DNA from: Phoronis australis
Lineage: Eukaryota; Animalia; Phoronida
Reading direction: 5' to 3'
Assembly (NCBI GenBank): GCA_002633005.1
Contig: NMRA01000383.1
Span: 12,951 to 76,950, forward strand
Length of the DNA: 64,000 nt
Made by a program: the position numbers and the translations under genes
The notes under the pieces: generated by a model
The model's database searches: none
Seen by the model: the letters and a program-made list of their open reading frames with translations, nothing else
Told to the model about the DNA's origin: nothing
Part shown: positions 37,308-50,500 of the stretch, one piece after another
How the letters are laid out: every line of letters begins with the position of its first letter
Numbering within the stretch: position 1 is the first letter of the stretch

Positions 37308-38564
37308 ATTGTGCTTTAATCTGACAGCATTAAGATAAGTGTTGCGTGAAGAATAAAGACATCTGATTTCATTTTCCTCCCTTTTTGTTGACAGAAACAT
37401 AAATAAAGATCCCGCATTTTAATTCCTCATAAAAACTGAGTGTTGAGCATTTTCCCTCACAATCAAAATAGCATGAGAAAACTTAATGCTGCTGTATCCA
37501 TGTTACCGCCAATTGATTAACATTATATTCTAACGTGTTTTGTATGTCTTGTTCATTTTGTTTGCGTCAGCCAGCATGACAAAATTCCATGTTGTTTCTT
37601 TGTATGAAGTTGTGCGTTAGAACCATTCACTCTCCGGACTGTGTTGATAAAGTTGGCAAGACATTGTGCAGTAAAGATTCTTCAGTTTGAATAAAAACTA
37701 AAAGTGCACTGAAGACCTGTCTTACATCTTAACAAAAGTGCTGCTTAAGACCTGCCTTACATATAACTCTTGATTTATACCATTTATCATTAAATGAAAT
37801 TGGCACCAAATTGTTCGTTAGTCAAATTAGGTGTGATTTCATGACTTGGACGAAGTGACAGCTCGTTATTACTTGAGAGCGGACACTGCAAATTGGTTGA
37901 TGACGTAGCGTGTCATTTTATGCACCAAATATGGCCCCAAGGAATATCAAACTGTGTGTTCATTGCAAGCCCTGAAGTCTTGTTTCATCTGAGTATAGGA
38001 GTAAGTTGAGAAGACTTTTGTAGCAGTAATTTGAAGTAGTCTACAAGATTAAGTTTGATTCTTGCATGAAAAATCCCAGCATGCTGCAGTTGAAGATTAT
38101 TATAAATACCAAACAATTGTTATTGGAACTTTGCCAACTTCATGTGTGAGTATTGGTATCAAGACAGTGACTATTTTCTTGTATTGATTTTTAAACCTTC
38201 ATTTGATGTTACTAGTGCATCTTGGGATTGCGTGGTTAAGTCTATCCTTGTAAATTGGTAATCAATTTTTTAAGACCGGTAGATTGTGTATTGATTGGTA
38301 GCGTGACTTGTCACAACTTCTACCAGCCATTGTTTTTTACTTAAAAGTAACACTAAGCAGGGTGGGGTACATGCAGATGCAATGTCTCTTCGTGTTGAAT
38401 GTTATTTAGATAATGCTTCCGTACTTGATCAGTATTTGTGCTTGACAGTGCCAGTTCTATGGTTTATAGTTTGTGTCAATACTAAATGTCAGTCTTAATT
38501 TTTTTCCAGAATTGACGAACTCATGATTTGCTACTGTTAGTTGTGTTTGGTCACCTCGCCAGTC

Positions 38565-41500
38565 ATGGATCTAAGTTTCATACGTGGTAACCGGGAGAAA
38601 AAATCAGAGGAGAGTCCCAAGAAATCCTTCTTTCCAAGGAACGTTTCCGATAGCACCAGGAAGTTTCTCGGTTCTGTTTCTGAGAAAAAGAATGGTCTGT
38701 GGAGCAATATCTCATCTAAAATAGATAGCGTAGTTGCAGTAACACAGCCATTGAGGGAGGACAAAAGGTCGTCACCAGAGGGTTCTTCACCAGAGAAAAG
38801 TGACCGTCGGTTCTCACAGCCAACTCTTTCACAGACGGATAAACAAAATAGCCATGACCCCATGTCACAATCGGTGATTCTAAATGGACATTCGCAAGCA
38901 CCACCCATAAAGAGAAATGCAGATGTTAGCGGAAAACAAAACGTAGAGGTAGATGTTCACTTCAATGGCAGTGACACCAAGCCTGAGCTTGCTGGACGAG
39001 TGAAAGTTACTCCAGATGTAAAAATTAATTTTGATACACCCCTCCATGAAAACAATGAGAGTTCTGGGGACAATTTAAGCAAGAGTCAACCCCAACGACC
39101 AGTGCTACAACGCAAACCCAGTTTAACAGCAGAGGAAGTATTCTTAGATAACCTAGAAAAGAAAAAGGGAATGTTAGTCGTGGATAACAGTCAGGCGACG
39201 GAAAATCTGGCGAGTCCAAATAGAACCATGAAGGAGTTCAGATTCAACGATGACGAAAACGAAGATGAGTTGTTTCTGGTGCCTGTTCCATCAGATCAGA
39301 ACCTGATGGATTTCGATAAAGCAGATTTCAACACATACGAGTCTATTGAGAATGTTGGTGATGACAGTGATTCAAGCTCAGATGGTGAGTTTGGAGGAAT
39401 TGTATTAGGATCACACAAATCTCTCCATTCATTGGTCGAAGAGTTGGATGAGGATACTGTAGCATACAGAGACTTCATGGTACGATTTGTCGATGCCATT
39501 TTTGCCCGGTGAGTCAATACTGAGTTGGTGAATTAATTTTACTAAGTGGTTTCTACCGGGGATATTGTGACGTGACTATTGCGTGATGCAACTCCTATGC
39601 TAACATTCTAGGTTTTCATATCACTGTAAACCTTGGTGAAATTCAGACAATTTAGCACACACTTTATTGCCCAAGTTTATTGCCCCTCTATATAGTGGGA
39701 ATTCAATGCATCTGTGTATGCCCTATTGTCCAGCTCAGCAGAAGATAACTGACTTGCAGGCTACTACCAAGTTTCTCAGGTCAAGAGGTCACTCACATTA
39801 TGTTGCTATTATGGTGGAACAATTTTAATTATTAAAACTTGCATAGCATAACAGGTAGAGCATTGTGATCAATTCTGGTAAATAAACTTACCAGAAAGCA
39901 TGTGCTTTTAGTCAAATTATCTACAAGTTTCCAGAACTGTACTCAGAAAAGGTACTTTTTCTGATATTACATAAAATTTCTAGCCTCAATTTTTGATGGT
40001 GTAACAAAAACAAGTCCATTTAAAAAACAAAAATCAGTCTGGAGAGTGGAGAATAACGTCTATAGTGTAGTATGTGAGTTTCATTTCAGTCAGATTAGCT
40101 GTTTTTGAGATACGATATTAGCAATGAAATGCCCGTCCACTGTGTACAATAAAATGCCCATCCACAGTGTACAATGAAATGCCCATCTACAGTGTACAAT
40201 GAAATGCCCATCCACAGTGTACAATAAAATGCCCATCTACAGTGTACAATGAAATGCCCATCCACAGTGTACAATAAAATGCCCGTCCACAGTGTACAAC
40301 GAAAACATACTATAGTGCGCAGTTGTATTAGTTTCACAAAATTAAGCCAATGCAATGAAATGTGATATGTTATGTGACACGGCTAAACCCCTTACAGGAT
40401 CATATTGAAATTTGACGGGTGTGTTCCTATAGAGTCTACGACAGAGGGCGACGAGTTTCGGACCGACCCGAATTCCGCTGTGCCCCTAGTGGCAATTTTA
40501 GTTTTTTACGTTTGCCTCTGTATCTTCAAAGTTCTTCAACCGATTTTCATGACATTTGGTACATAGGCATCTGTTAATGAGTTGATGCTATCCTCCTGTT
40601 TTCGGATTGTTTCGATGGATTTTGCACCATCTAGTGGCCATTTTTACTATTTTCTAGTTGTTTTTTTGGCGTCCGCCCCACTAACAACCAAACCACTCTA
40701 AGGATGATTGTGAAAATTGGCATGTATGGTCTTACTATGAAGAATACAGTTGACAATGATTTTCTGAAGACTTCGATTATTGTGGCGCCTCTTAGTGGCA
40801 GTTTTGTTTGTTTTTGCACCCATGGCTTTATCTCCTAAACACTCTACAGGATCTTTATTAAATTTAGCAAATGTATTTATATAAAGTTGACAACAGATGA
40901 CGATAACTTTCGAACATATCGGTCGACTGGTGTGGGCCCTAGTGGCAATTTTAGTTTTTTACGTTTATTGCTGTATCTTCAAAGGTACTCAACAGATTTG
41001 GCACATAGACGTCCAATAGGTCTTTAACGCTAGCCATTCATCTTCGGATTGATTCAACGTTTTTTACGCCACTTAGTGGCCATTTTTGGTGTTTTTGAGT
41101 CTCATTTGTGGCATCCGTCCCTCTGTCAACCAAACCGTTCTAAGAATGATTGTGAAAGTTGGCATGTAGGTACTTTCTATGAAGGGGATGGTTGCTGATG
41201 ATTTTCTGATGATTTTGACTACTGTGGCGCCTCCTAGTGGCAGTTTTGTTTTTTTGCACCTCTACCTGTATCTCCTAAGCCCTCTGCCGGATCTTTATAA
41301 AATTTAGCACGTGTATTTATATGAAGTTAACAAAAGAGGATGACAACTTTTAGTCTGATCCGATGAACACTGTGCCCCCTAGTGGCAATTTTGTTTCTTG
41401 TTTTCCTTTTTCTCTGAAGTTCCCTGGCAAATTTTAATTAAAGTTGGTAAATGGCTTTCTTTTAAAGAAACGATGACATTTTTTTTGGTTTTCAGACGGA

Positions 41501-44500
41501 TTCAATGTAGTTTTGCGCCATCTAGTGGCCATTTTATTGACGCAAATAAACAACCCTAAAAGCGCACCATTTGCGATGCATTCGTGGGTGCATTTCAACG
41601 CTCCGCGTTGCTCTTGTTTAAACTTGTTGTGAAGAATGTAGTTAACGAGTCAACGTAGATCTATAAATATTCATACATGAGCTCGGGGCAGAGCCAAAGT
41701 GATTTGAAAAATGCATCAATGAACAACATATTCAAAAGTGTAAGATACGTTTTTGCAGTTACCGTGAAGTTGTGTTTTTACAACGAGGCTGAAGTAGTAC
41801 AGTTTTATGACCGGTCAATTGACAGTGTTCACAATGAGGCTAATTAGATATACAGATCTTGCGATGCCAGACTCCCTATGATACGCTGTGCTTTTGAGCT
41901 TTACTTCACCAAGCTCTGCTGCGTAATGGTTACCCCAACGCCTTAGCGAACTTAATTAAGCCAAACTGTTACTAACCCATCGTAATCGATTCACAAATTG
42001 ATGCATGTGGATTAGCTGTGCTACGGATGAAAAACTATTCGCTAATTTTTCTTATAATTCATCAGTTTTAAAAATTCAAAGGTCACTAACATTTACTTTT
42101 CAATTTATGAATTGTTATAACAGTCGTGTTTGCTTTACTTATTGTTGTTTTTTACTTTGAAACTCAGGGGGAGGGGTTCGCTAAACAGGCCTATGTATCT
42201 CATACAATACACATTTGACCCATGAATACAGACCAGCACATTTATCTCATCCAATACACATTTGACCTTACCCATGAATATAGACCAGCTCATTTATCTC
42301 ATCCAATACACATTTGACCAAACCCATGAATATAGACCAGCTCATTTATCTCATCCAATACATGTTAGATCAAACCCATGAATATAGACCAGCTCTTTTA
42401 TCTCATCCAATACACATTTTACCAAACCCATGAATTAGACCACCACATTTATCTAATCCAATAAACATTTGACCAAACCCATGAATATAGACCAGCACAT
42501 TTATCTCATCCAATACACCTTTGACCAAACCCATTAATATAGGTCAGCACATTTATCTCATCCAATACACATTTGACCAAAGCCATGAATATAGACCAGC
42601 ACATTTATATCATCCAATACACATGTGACCAAACCCATGAATATAGACCAGCACATTTATCTCATTCAATACACATTTGACCAAACCCATGAATATAGAC
42701 CAGCACATTCATCTCTTCCAATACACATTTGACGAAACCCATGAATATAGACCAGCACATTCATCTCGTCCATTACACATTTGACGAAACCCATGAATAT
42801 AGACCAGCACATTCATCTCATCCAATACACATTTGACGAAACCCATGAATATAGACCAGCACATTCATCTAATCCAATACACGTTTGACCAAATCCATGA
42901 ATGTAGACCAGCACATTCATCTCGTCCAATACACATTTGACCAAACCCATGAATATAGACCAGCACATTCATCTCATCCAATGCACATTTGACGAAACCC
43001 ATGATTATAGACCAGCACATTCATCTCGTCCATTACACATTTGACGAAACCCATGAATATAGACCAGCACATTCATCTCATCCAATACACATTTGACGAA
43101 ACCCATGAATATAGACCAGCACATTCATCTCATCCAATACACATTTGACGAAACCCATGAATATAGACCAGCACATTCATCTAATCCAATACACGTTTGA
43201 CCAAATCCATGAATGTAGACCAGCACATTCATCTCGTCCAATACACATTTGACCAAACCCATGAATATAGACCAGCACATTTATCTCATCCAATACACGT
43301 TTGACCAAACCCATGAATATAGACCAGCACGTTTATATCATCCAATACACGTTTGACCAAATCCATGAATGTAGACCAGCTCATTTCAATCTGTAACAAA
43401 GTCATCAAGCCTTTGGCAGCCAAGGAATTCCGTGGATACTCGAGGGTGAACAGTGTACACTTCCACGTCCACTTGCTTACAAATCCTGTTGGCATAAGAA
43501 TTGACTAATGTGGAATTTTGTCAATTATTTTTTGTTTTTTTTATTAATAGGCAAGTGAAATTTCAAAATAACATGACTGACAGGCTAGTTGATTTTAGCA
43601 GACTTTTTGTTCAGATCTAATGGTATTCAACAGAACTTGGTAGTATCAAGGTGATTGTTGATTTGAAGGCTTTATAACTTGATAATTTGGCCAAGCAAAT
43701 TTTTCCTTCAGACAAATGAAGTTTTTGGTTTACTTGCCCTTGACTGGCGAGTTAAACCATATGTTTACTGCATTGTGTACTTTGGCCTGTTTCATAATGC
43801 TTTGTGACAAAGTTCTTGAAAACTACTTCTCTGTGAAATGAAATTGCTTAATTTAGTACTTTGCAGTTCAGTGTGAGATGATTGAAGAGCTTGAGATGAT
43901 GATGGAAGTCTTGCTAAAAAACCATGGCTCATTTAATTCATGATGTCTCATTACTAGTTAGAAATGCTGGTTTCATTTGTGTATATGCTCAATTGACAGA
44001 GGCGATTGCGCTGCTTTTATCTGTATTGTTTGACATATAATTGTACATTTAATCGAGGACTTTCTTGGTGTTAGCGGAAATGAATCTCAATGCTTGTGGG
44101 AGGATAAAAGTGGCGTTGTGTTGTTCTTCTCTGTGAACATTAAGTTTATTCTTCATTGATCATCAGTGGTTGTTCTGAATCTTCAATCAGGGCAATTTGT
44201 CACTTTGCTTGACTAGTATCTGATGGGAGGCTATGTGATGGAAATAATGGAATGGGTATAGAGTGACCTAACTTTTCAATAAACTAGGACCTACATTCTG
44301 CTCTGTCTAATGTCTCTCTTATGCATTAAGCAGAATTTTCATCATCAGACAGTAGACGTGGACATCTGAATCATCATTTAGAGAAAAGATTCACAATGAT
44401 GTCTTGTCTTCTGGTTTACGAGTATTTTTAAGTTCGTCATTGCTTTCTGTCATTGTGATTTGCTTGAAGTATTGAATCACTTGTGTTCATTATGCTTTAC

Positions 44501-47500
44501 CACAAGATGAGTCTGATAGGTTTGTTGTGGTAAAAACGAGGTCTGCTGGTGCATTACGGGTCATTTCACTCTATTGATCAGACTTGATGCAACTGTTCGT
44601 GTGTGGCTGATTTGGGAACCTACCCTCTGAAGAGAGGCCATGTGAATTCTGTTAGAAAATTGACAAATTGATGCTTTTATGGGACAACTCAAAGGATTTT
44701 TGGAAAACATGGTTAATATGGTCTAAATAAAGGAAAATGAATCAAGTTGATAATAGAAAAAATATTGCGCCACTGAAAAGTGTTTCAGGTTGTTCAAATT
44801 TGCTGCTGATTTTGTTTGCTGACATTTGATCTTGCAGAGGTGAACATTGAGTTTGTGCTCTGTGGAATGGCTGTTATTTTTATGTTACACCAAGATATCT
44901 TTAAAGATATGTCTGTCAAGATTTTTAAAATTCTTATATTGTGACATGATGGTGGAATTCCTACATTGCATTACATGATACAGGAATATTCCTTCATCAT
45001 GTAGACTCCTTCATGGTTTGCATTATACAGGAATATTCCTTCATCATGCAGACTCCTTCATGGTTTGCAATTTCCCGTTACCAACACAAGTTCCAGGCCA
45101 TGTGCATACATACGCCATTTCTAATTCTTAATCTTGGGGTTGGCCAACTTCAATAAACTTTGAATCATTATCTTGAGTCGCTGATAGTGTCTATGTTCTT
45201 GTCGGCAACGGAAATAATAGAATTCTATAATGGTAAGGAATATTAGGAGACCGATTCTGTGAGAGTGGGTTTCTATCCACTTTAACAGGGCAAAAGGCAT
45301 CCTTAACTTGTACTTAAGTTTCTGTAGGTCGTAGTAACGTTTGCACAAAGATTTACCAAGCATGAGACGTCACTTCTCAGTTCCAAGGCAGATGCTGACA
45401 TTTGAGTTACATTTATTGTTCTTGTTCAGTTATGATTTCTTCTGTTTTCAGGGTTGAAATCTCTCAGGAAGAAAAAGCTAAATTTGGACAGTACTGTCTG
45501 GTGGGTATTTTTACTTGTTGATAATTGCTGTGTACAGAAAATGCAATTCGCATCAAAATTTGTCAATGGGTCGTTCCTTGCCAGTGAAAGACACTAATGC
45601 TGACTGATAACTAGGAAAGCATCATTTTCCATTAGATTTTGCCAGCTTTTATAGACAAAATAATGTTTATGACAAAATTTGTTACTTTCGGGATATTTGC
45701 TGTTACCTAAGTGTTACGCGGGGTAAAATGTCACTAATTTAGGAGACAGTATGACAGACAAGCAAAATTTTATTTTCTCATTGTTTTTTAAAAGATATGT
45801 TGCATCAAAATAACGCTTTTCCACATTCAGGTTCCGCTTTGATAGGCACCTTCAGAAAATGTTTTGAAAAATGTTGATCAACAATCACAAACGGTGACCT
45901 CTTGTGGATACTTAAGTAACTATTGGTTACAGTGTTTCTTTTATCCATCCATAGAATTTGTCTCCATTTGCAGTGCAGACTCTGACCTTTGGATTTGGGG
46001 ATCTGGTCATGTGATCCAGGTCACCGATCTATGCGTTATGTTCATTAACATTGCAAGATAGTAATGATCAGACAAAATACTGTTCCCCTGTCATGACTAC
46101 TAAAATGACTGGAATAATGACAACACAATTCTAATTACAGGATTGCTCAGCCTTTCTTGTTAATTCTCTTTCATTTGGAATCACGAGGGAAAATCATTCT
46201 GATGACGAATTTGAGTTCTGCCCATCCGTCGTGTCAGGAAATTGCATTTGTCTGAATAAGTTTGGCGTGTACTGTGCTACGTTACAAAACTGTAAACAAA
46301 GTATATAGTTGTCACCAGGCAACAGTGTTGAGCGCGTTCAGACACGTTTTTTTAATTTCATCTATTTTCACTGTCTTAATGACTGTACTCATTCTCTAAC
46401 TTGTTCTATTTCCTCTGTTGCTATAAAGTAATTTTTGATTGTATTTTACAGGAAGCTACAGGCCGGCTCTGGTTTGCACGTTCTATTAACTCAAAGGTAT
46501 GTCAGCCTACTCTTCAAATATCACTTGGAAAATGGGAAAAATAACAAATTAGGAAAAAATTCGTCAAAACTTCCCGAAAATTGCATTAGCTAAATAAAAT
46601 CTCATGACCCAAATAATATCGTGTTTGTGCGTGCAGCAATTTGTTTAAAAAATTACGATTTGCCCGTTACTTTTTGTGGGAAAAGACTTGTGAAAACTGA
46701 AAGTTATAATATTTGTTGGAGATCTCTTGGAGAAGAATACGAATGGGAATTGTGTCAAATTTACTGTCACTGAATTTGAAGAGACGATGAAGGAAAGCCT
46801 GCTCTAAATGATGTATTCTTGTTGTACTATAGTGCAGTCTAACTCACAGATTTTCAACAGTTCTGGAGTGAATTCTGAGCACAGTTTCTAATAACACACT
46901 TCAACTGGAATATGTTGGATCTTTATTTAGTCAATAAAAACACCTTTCTAGATCTTAAGAATTTGTTCGATGGACTTGCAGGAACTTTGTAGCATTAATG
47001 TTGCTTTAGTCTTTTGTTGTTATATGCTGTTGTTAGCCTGAAATGATGGATTTTACTTAATTCAACAATAACGTTTACGATTGACAGATTTATTAAGGAA
47101 GTGTGCAATAAAAAGGCTGTCAGACCACAAATTATTGACGTAGCATTACGGGTTGAGGTGAAAGCAAAAAAGACCAACAATCGTTCGTCCAATATCTTGA
47201 TACTGATTTAATATCCTTGCAAAGTGACAAAAAAATCAAATTGAGTTTCTTTTAGTTCAGTTCAACTGTGTTCGTTCTCACGTGAATTCAGCATGCATGC
47301 ATCCCTCTTTGGAAATTGTCAGATAAAATGGTTAGTGTGCATGGAATTATAATCAATCGGTTTGTGCCTGTTGTGGGTTTTAACACGCTTTATTTAGAAT
47401 TTCCTTTGATAATGGTGACGCAAAAGTGATGAATAATTAATTTCAGCTCAAAATGAACCAAGGATTAATAAATATAAGATTAATAAATATAAGATTAAAA

Positions 47501-50500
47501 ACTGTACTAGTTAGTGAGATAAGCGCTGTGAGATATTCTAATCTCTTGACAGCTGTTTCCTACACTTGTTATACATTAACTTTTTCAGAAAATTGTTCAG
47601 CTTAATCTAAAAAAGTTTTGTTTTGCTCTAACTGGTTTATTTTTCTAACAATTTGCTCTGTTTCATTTATTCTTAAAATATGTTGTTGTCAGGATAACGC
47701 ACATTGCTTGAACTGAGTACATGTCCTCTAAACATAAAACATAAAGTTGATAGTTACTCACGTCACAAACACACCCTTTAAAACCTCGTCAACATACAGC
47801 CTACCCTAGATCAACTTACATTAGTGGAACTTTAAGCATAGCGTCCAGACACATACATATCTGATAACTAGGGTAAGGTGGAAGTTTTCGGTCCATGCAT
47901 GACAATGAACAGATGATGCGAATACGGACACAAAAGAAGACTTATTGGTATGTAACCACAGCTGATAATTAATTCGAGTGACGTAAGTTAACGTAGAACA
48001 AATTACCCAGTCTTGATAATGTGGAATAAGTTGTCACACGTTGGGTAAGTTGTCACAAGTTTAGTAAGTTGTCACAAGTAGGATAAGTTGGGCTAGTTAC
48101 TTGTTTAAATAGCATCCAGACAGCCCTTAAACCTAGCGACAACTGGTTCTAGGAGTGACTTGCTCTAAGGATGGATCATCACAACCAGGCTTTTTCCACA
48201 TTCTTTCAGGCCCAGCTTCTATTGTGAGTTAGTGATGTATATGGTTACATTGTAAGCCATGCTAGATATTACTTTCCAGTGAATACCTCAAGATCTGGGT
48301 TTTTGTTGACAAAATTACCATTACTTCAACAATTTTGAGAATTCAAAAAAAAAACAGTATAATATAATTTTACTCCGTGCAGATTTTATAGTTTTGATTG
48401 GTATTCATGTTCCAAAAAGAAAATGGAAAAGTACAGCGGGGACACTGTCATGCCTTCTCCTATTTAGATATGATCTGATAAAAAATAGTTATTACCTTCA
48501 CTGTGTGATCTAAGTAGAGTCGTTCTATTGATGTTTAGTCGCCTTGTGAGGTTTGAATGTGGGTAGAACTGGTCAGGCTGGCCATGTGACATTGGAGAGA
48601 TATCTCCAAATATTCATTTAAAACTGATGTTAGATTGAATACAGTAAATTCTCATCAATTTTGGACAAAATAATTACCAAAGTAGCCATTTTTTTCATTT
48701 CTCTTAGGTTTCTAAGATTCTTGTGAATGTACGCAATTTTTCAAAGATATTGACTGGTTGTAGCTGCGGTGCAAACCTTGAACATTTCAAAGCATTACTA
48801 TGTATCGTTGTAGCTGCGGTGCAAACCTTGAACATTTCAAAGCATTACTTTGTATCTTTTAAGAGAAACACCAAACAATACGTCACTTTTTGGCCATATT
48901 GAGATTGTATTTGTGTTAGAGTTGTTAGTTTTACTTATGCCTCTCTTTAGACTCAGTTTAGTGGTGCACTCTTTGTCATGTGATCTTGATTATTATGTCA
49001 TTAACAGCGCGTGGAGAGCAAGAGTGTTGATGAAGACGTGTTCTACCACCTGGTGCAGTACTTCGCTCTCGTCTTGTTTGAATGCAATGAAGCTGACGAC
49101 TTTTCACCTGCCAAGTCGCTGATGAACATGTGTTTTACATTCTTCTACGAAAGTAAGTCATCGTCTTTGTTTTTCTTGACTGTCCGTAGTCTTTGGCCCA
49201 ACACTTAGGCCTCTTTCAACTTCATGCGTGCAATTCTTTGGGCAGGCTATTCTGGGCTGGGATGTTCAAATTTAATAGAGGTTATAAATATTATGTTCTC
49301 ATCCAAGACCATAAACCCGTTGTTAAGCTGTGTATAGTTGCACAGTCCAACTGCGACTGTTGCATGACTAAAAGCTGGGTTGACAATGAACAGCTTCCAC
49401 TGACCTTGNGCCCCCCCCCCCCCCCCCCCCCCCCCCCTGCTTCCTGCAGTTCTGGTGGGATGCAAGTCTTCTTATCTGGACTCCAGATTATGATTTTGTT
49501 TGGTTACTATCTGTTCACACTTATGGAAAGTATTATTGTTGACTCACAAGTAAATGCATAAATACATAAATTCCTTGTGATAATTGAGTATAAATTTCTA
49601 ACTACGTCACAAATAGACACACTCTGTACATGGAAGTCATCAAGTCAGTTGTCATACTCATGCTTCTGAAGATTTTTATGATCTATTTGATTTTGGGTCG
49701 TCAGTTATTGATTTTCCAAGCTGTTCAATAATTGTTGTAGGAAATAAAATCATTGTTGTGTACATTTGGATGTGGGATAATTAAATGTTGCATGTAATTG
49801 TGTTTGTTCACATTTAGGTTGTGTTAAAAAAACACATTTTGTTGTTTCTTGTATGCAAAATGTTTCTTGTCAGCATTTTGTAAAGAGATTTTCAATAAAT
49901 GGTCATTTGCTGCGTATTGGCCTGTGGAATGGAAGGTAGCTCTATGTCTTGGATAACACTAATTGTAATGCATTTTACTGCTTCACTAACTTGAAGGATT
50001 ATAGTGTTCTGGCNAATACATATACTTGGTCAATTTTGATGTAGTACTAAAAACTTGACAGCTTAACTTACAGCCGACTCTGTTAGGCCTCCAGTTACTT
50101 GTTTAAGTCGCTTGGGAGATCAATAATTTCCTTCCTTGGATTAAGTGGCAGGTCTAACTACGTAGCAAAAGGCCACCAATTATTCCATACAGAATGAGCT
50201 ATGATCAATACTCGTAGTGCTTATTTATATACTTTGGCCATAAGGCATGCTCAGTGCTGTTGACAACTTTGGAAAGATACATAAATGTAATAAAATCATA
50301 GCCATTTACATGATACTATACTCTTCAATATTGCCTATGAAATGAGTGCCCACACAAACCTAACTTGGTTAATGGAATTATATATTACAAATTATAAACC
50401 AAGGACATACTGTGCAAGGCTGCTTTCAGAAGTTAGCTAAAACGAGGAATTTTGCAGAAAATTGTGTGACTATTTTTTCTACCAAATTCTCTTGTGAATA

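Noticed and set aside
42196-43386. Regular repeats here and elsewhere as a CRISPR array
   Set aside because: The units are contiguous with no unique spacers, there are no cas genes, and the context is eukaryotic introns.
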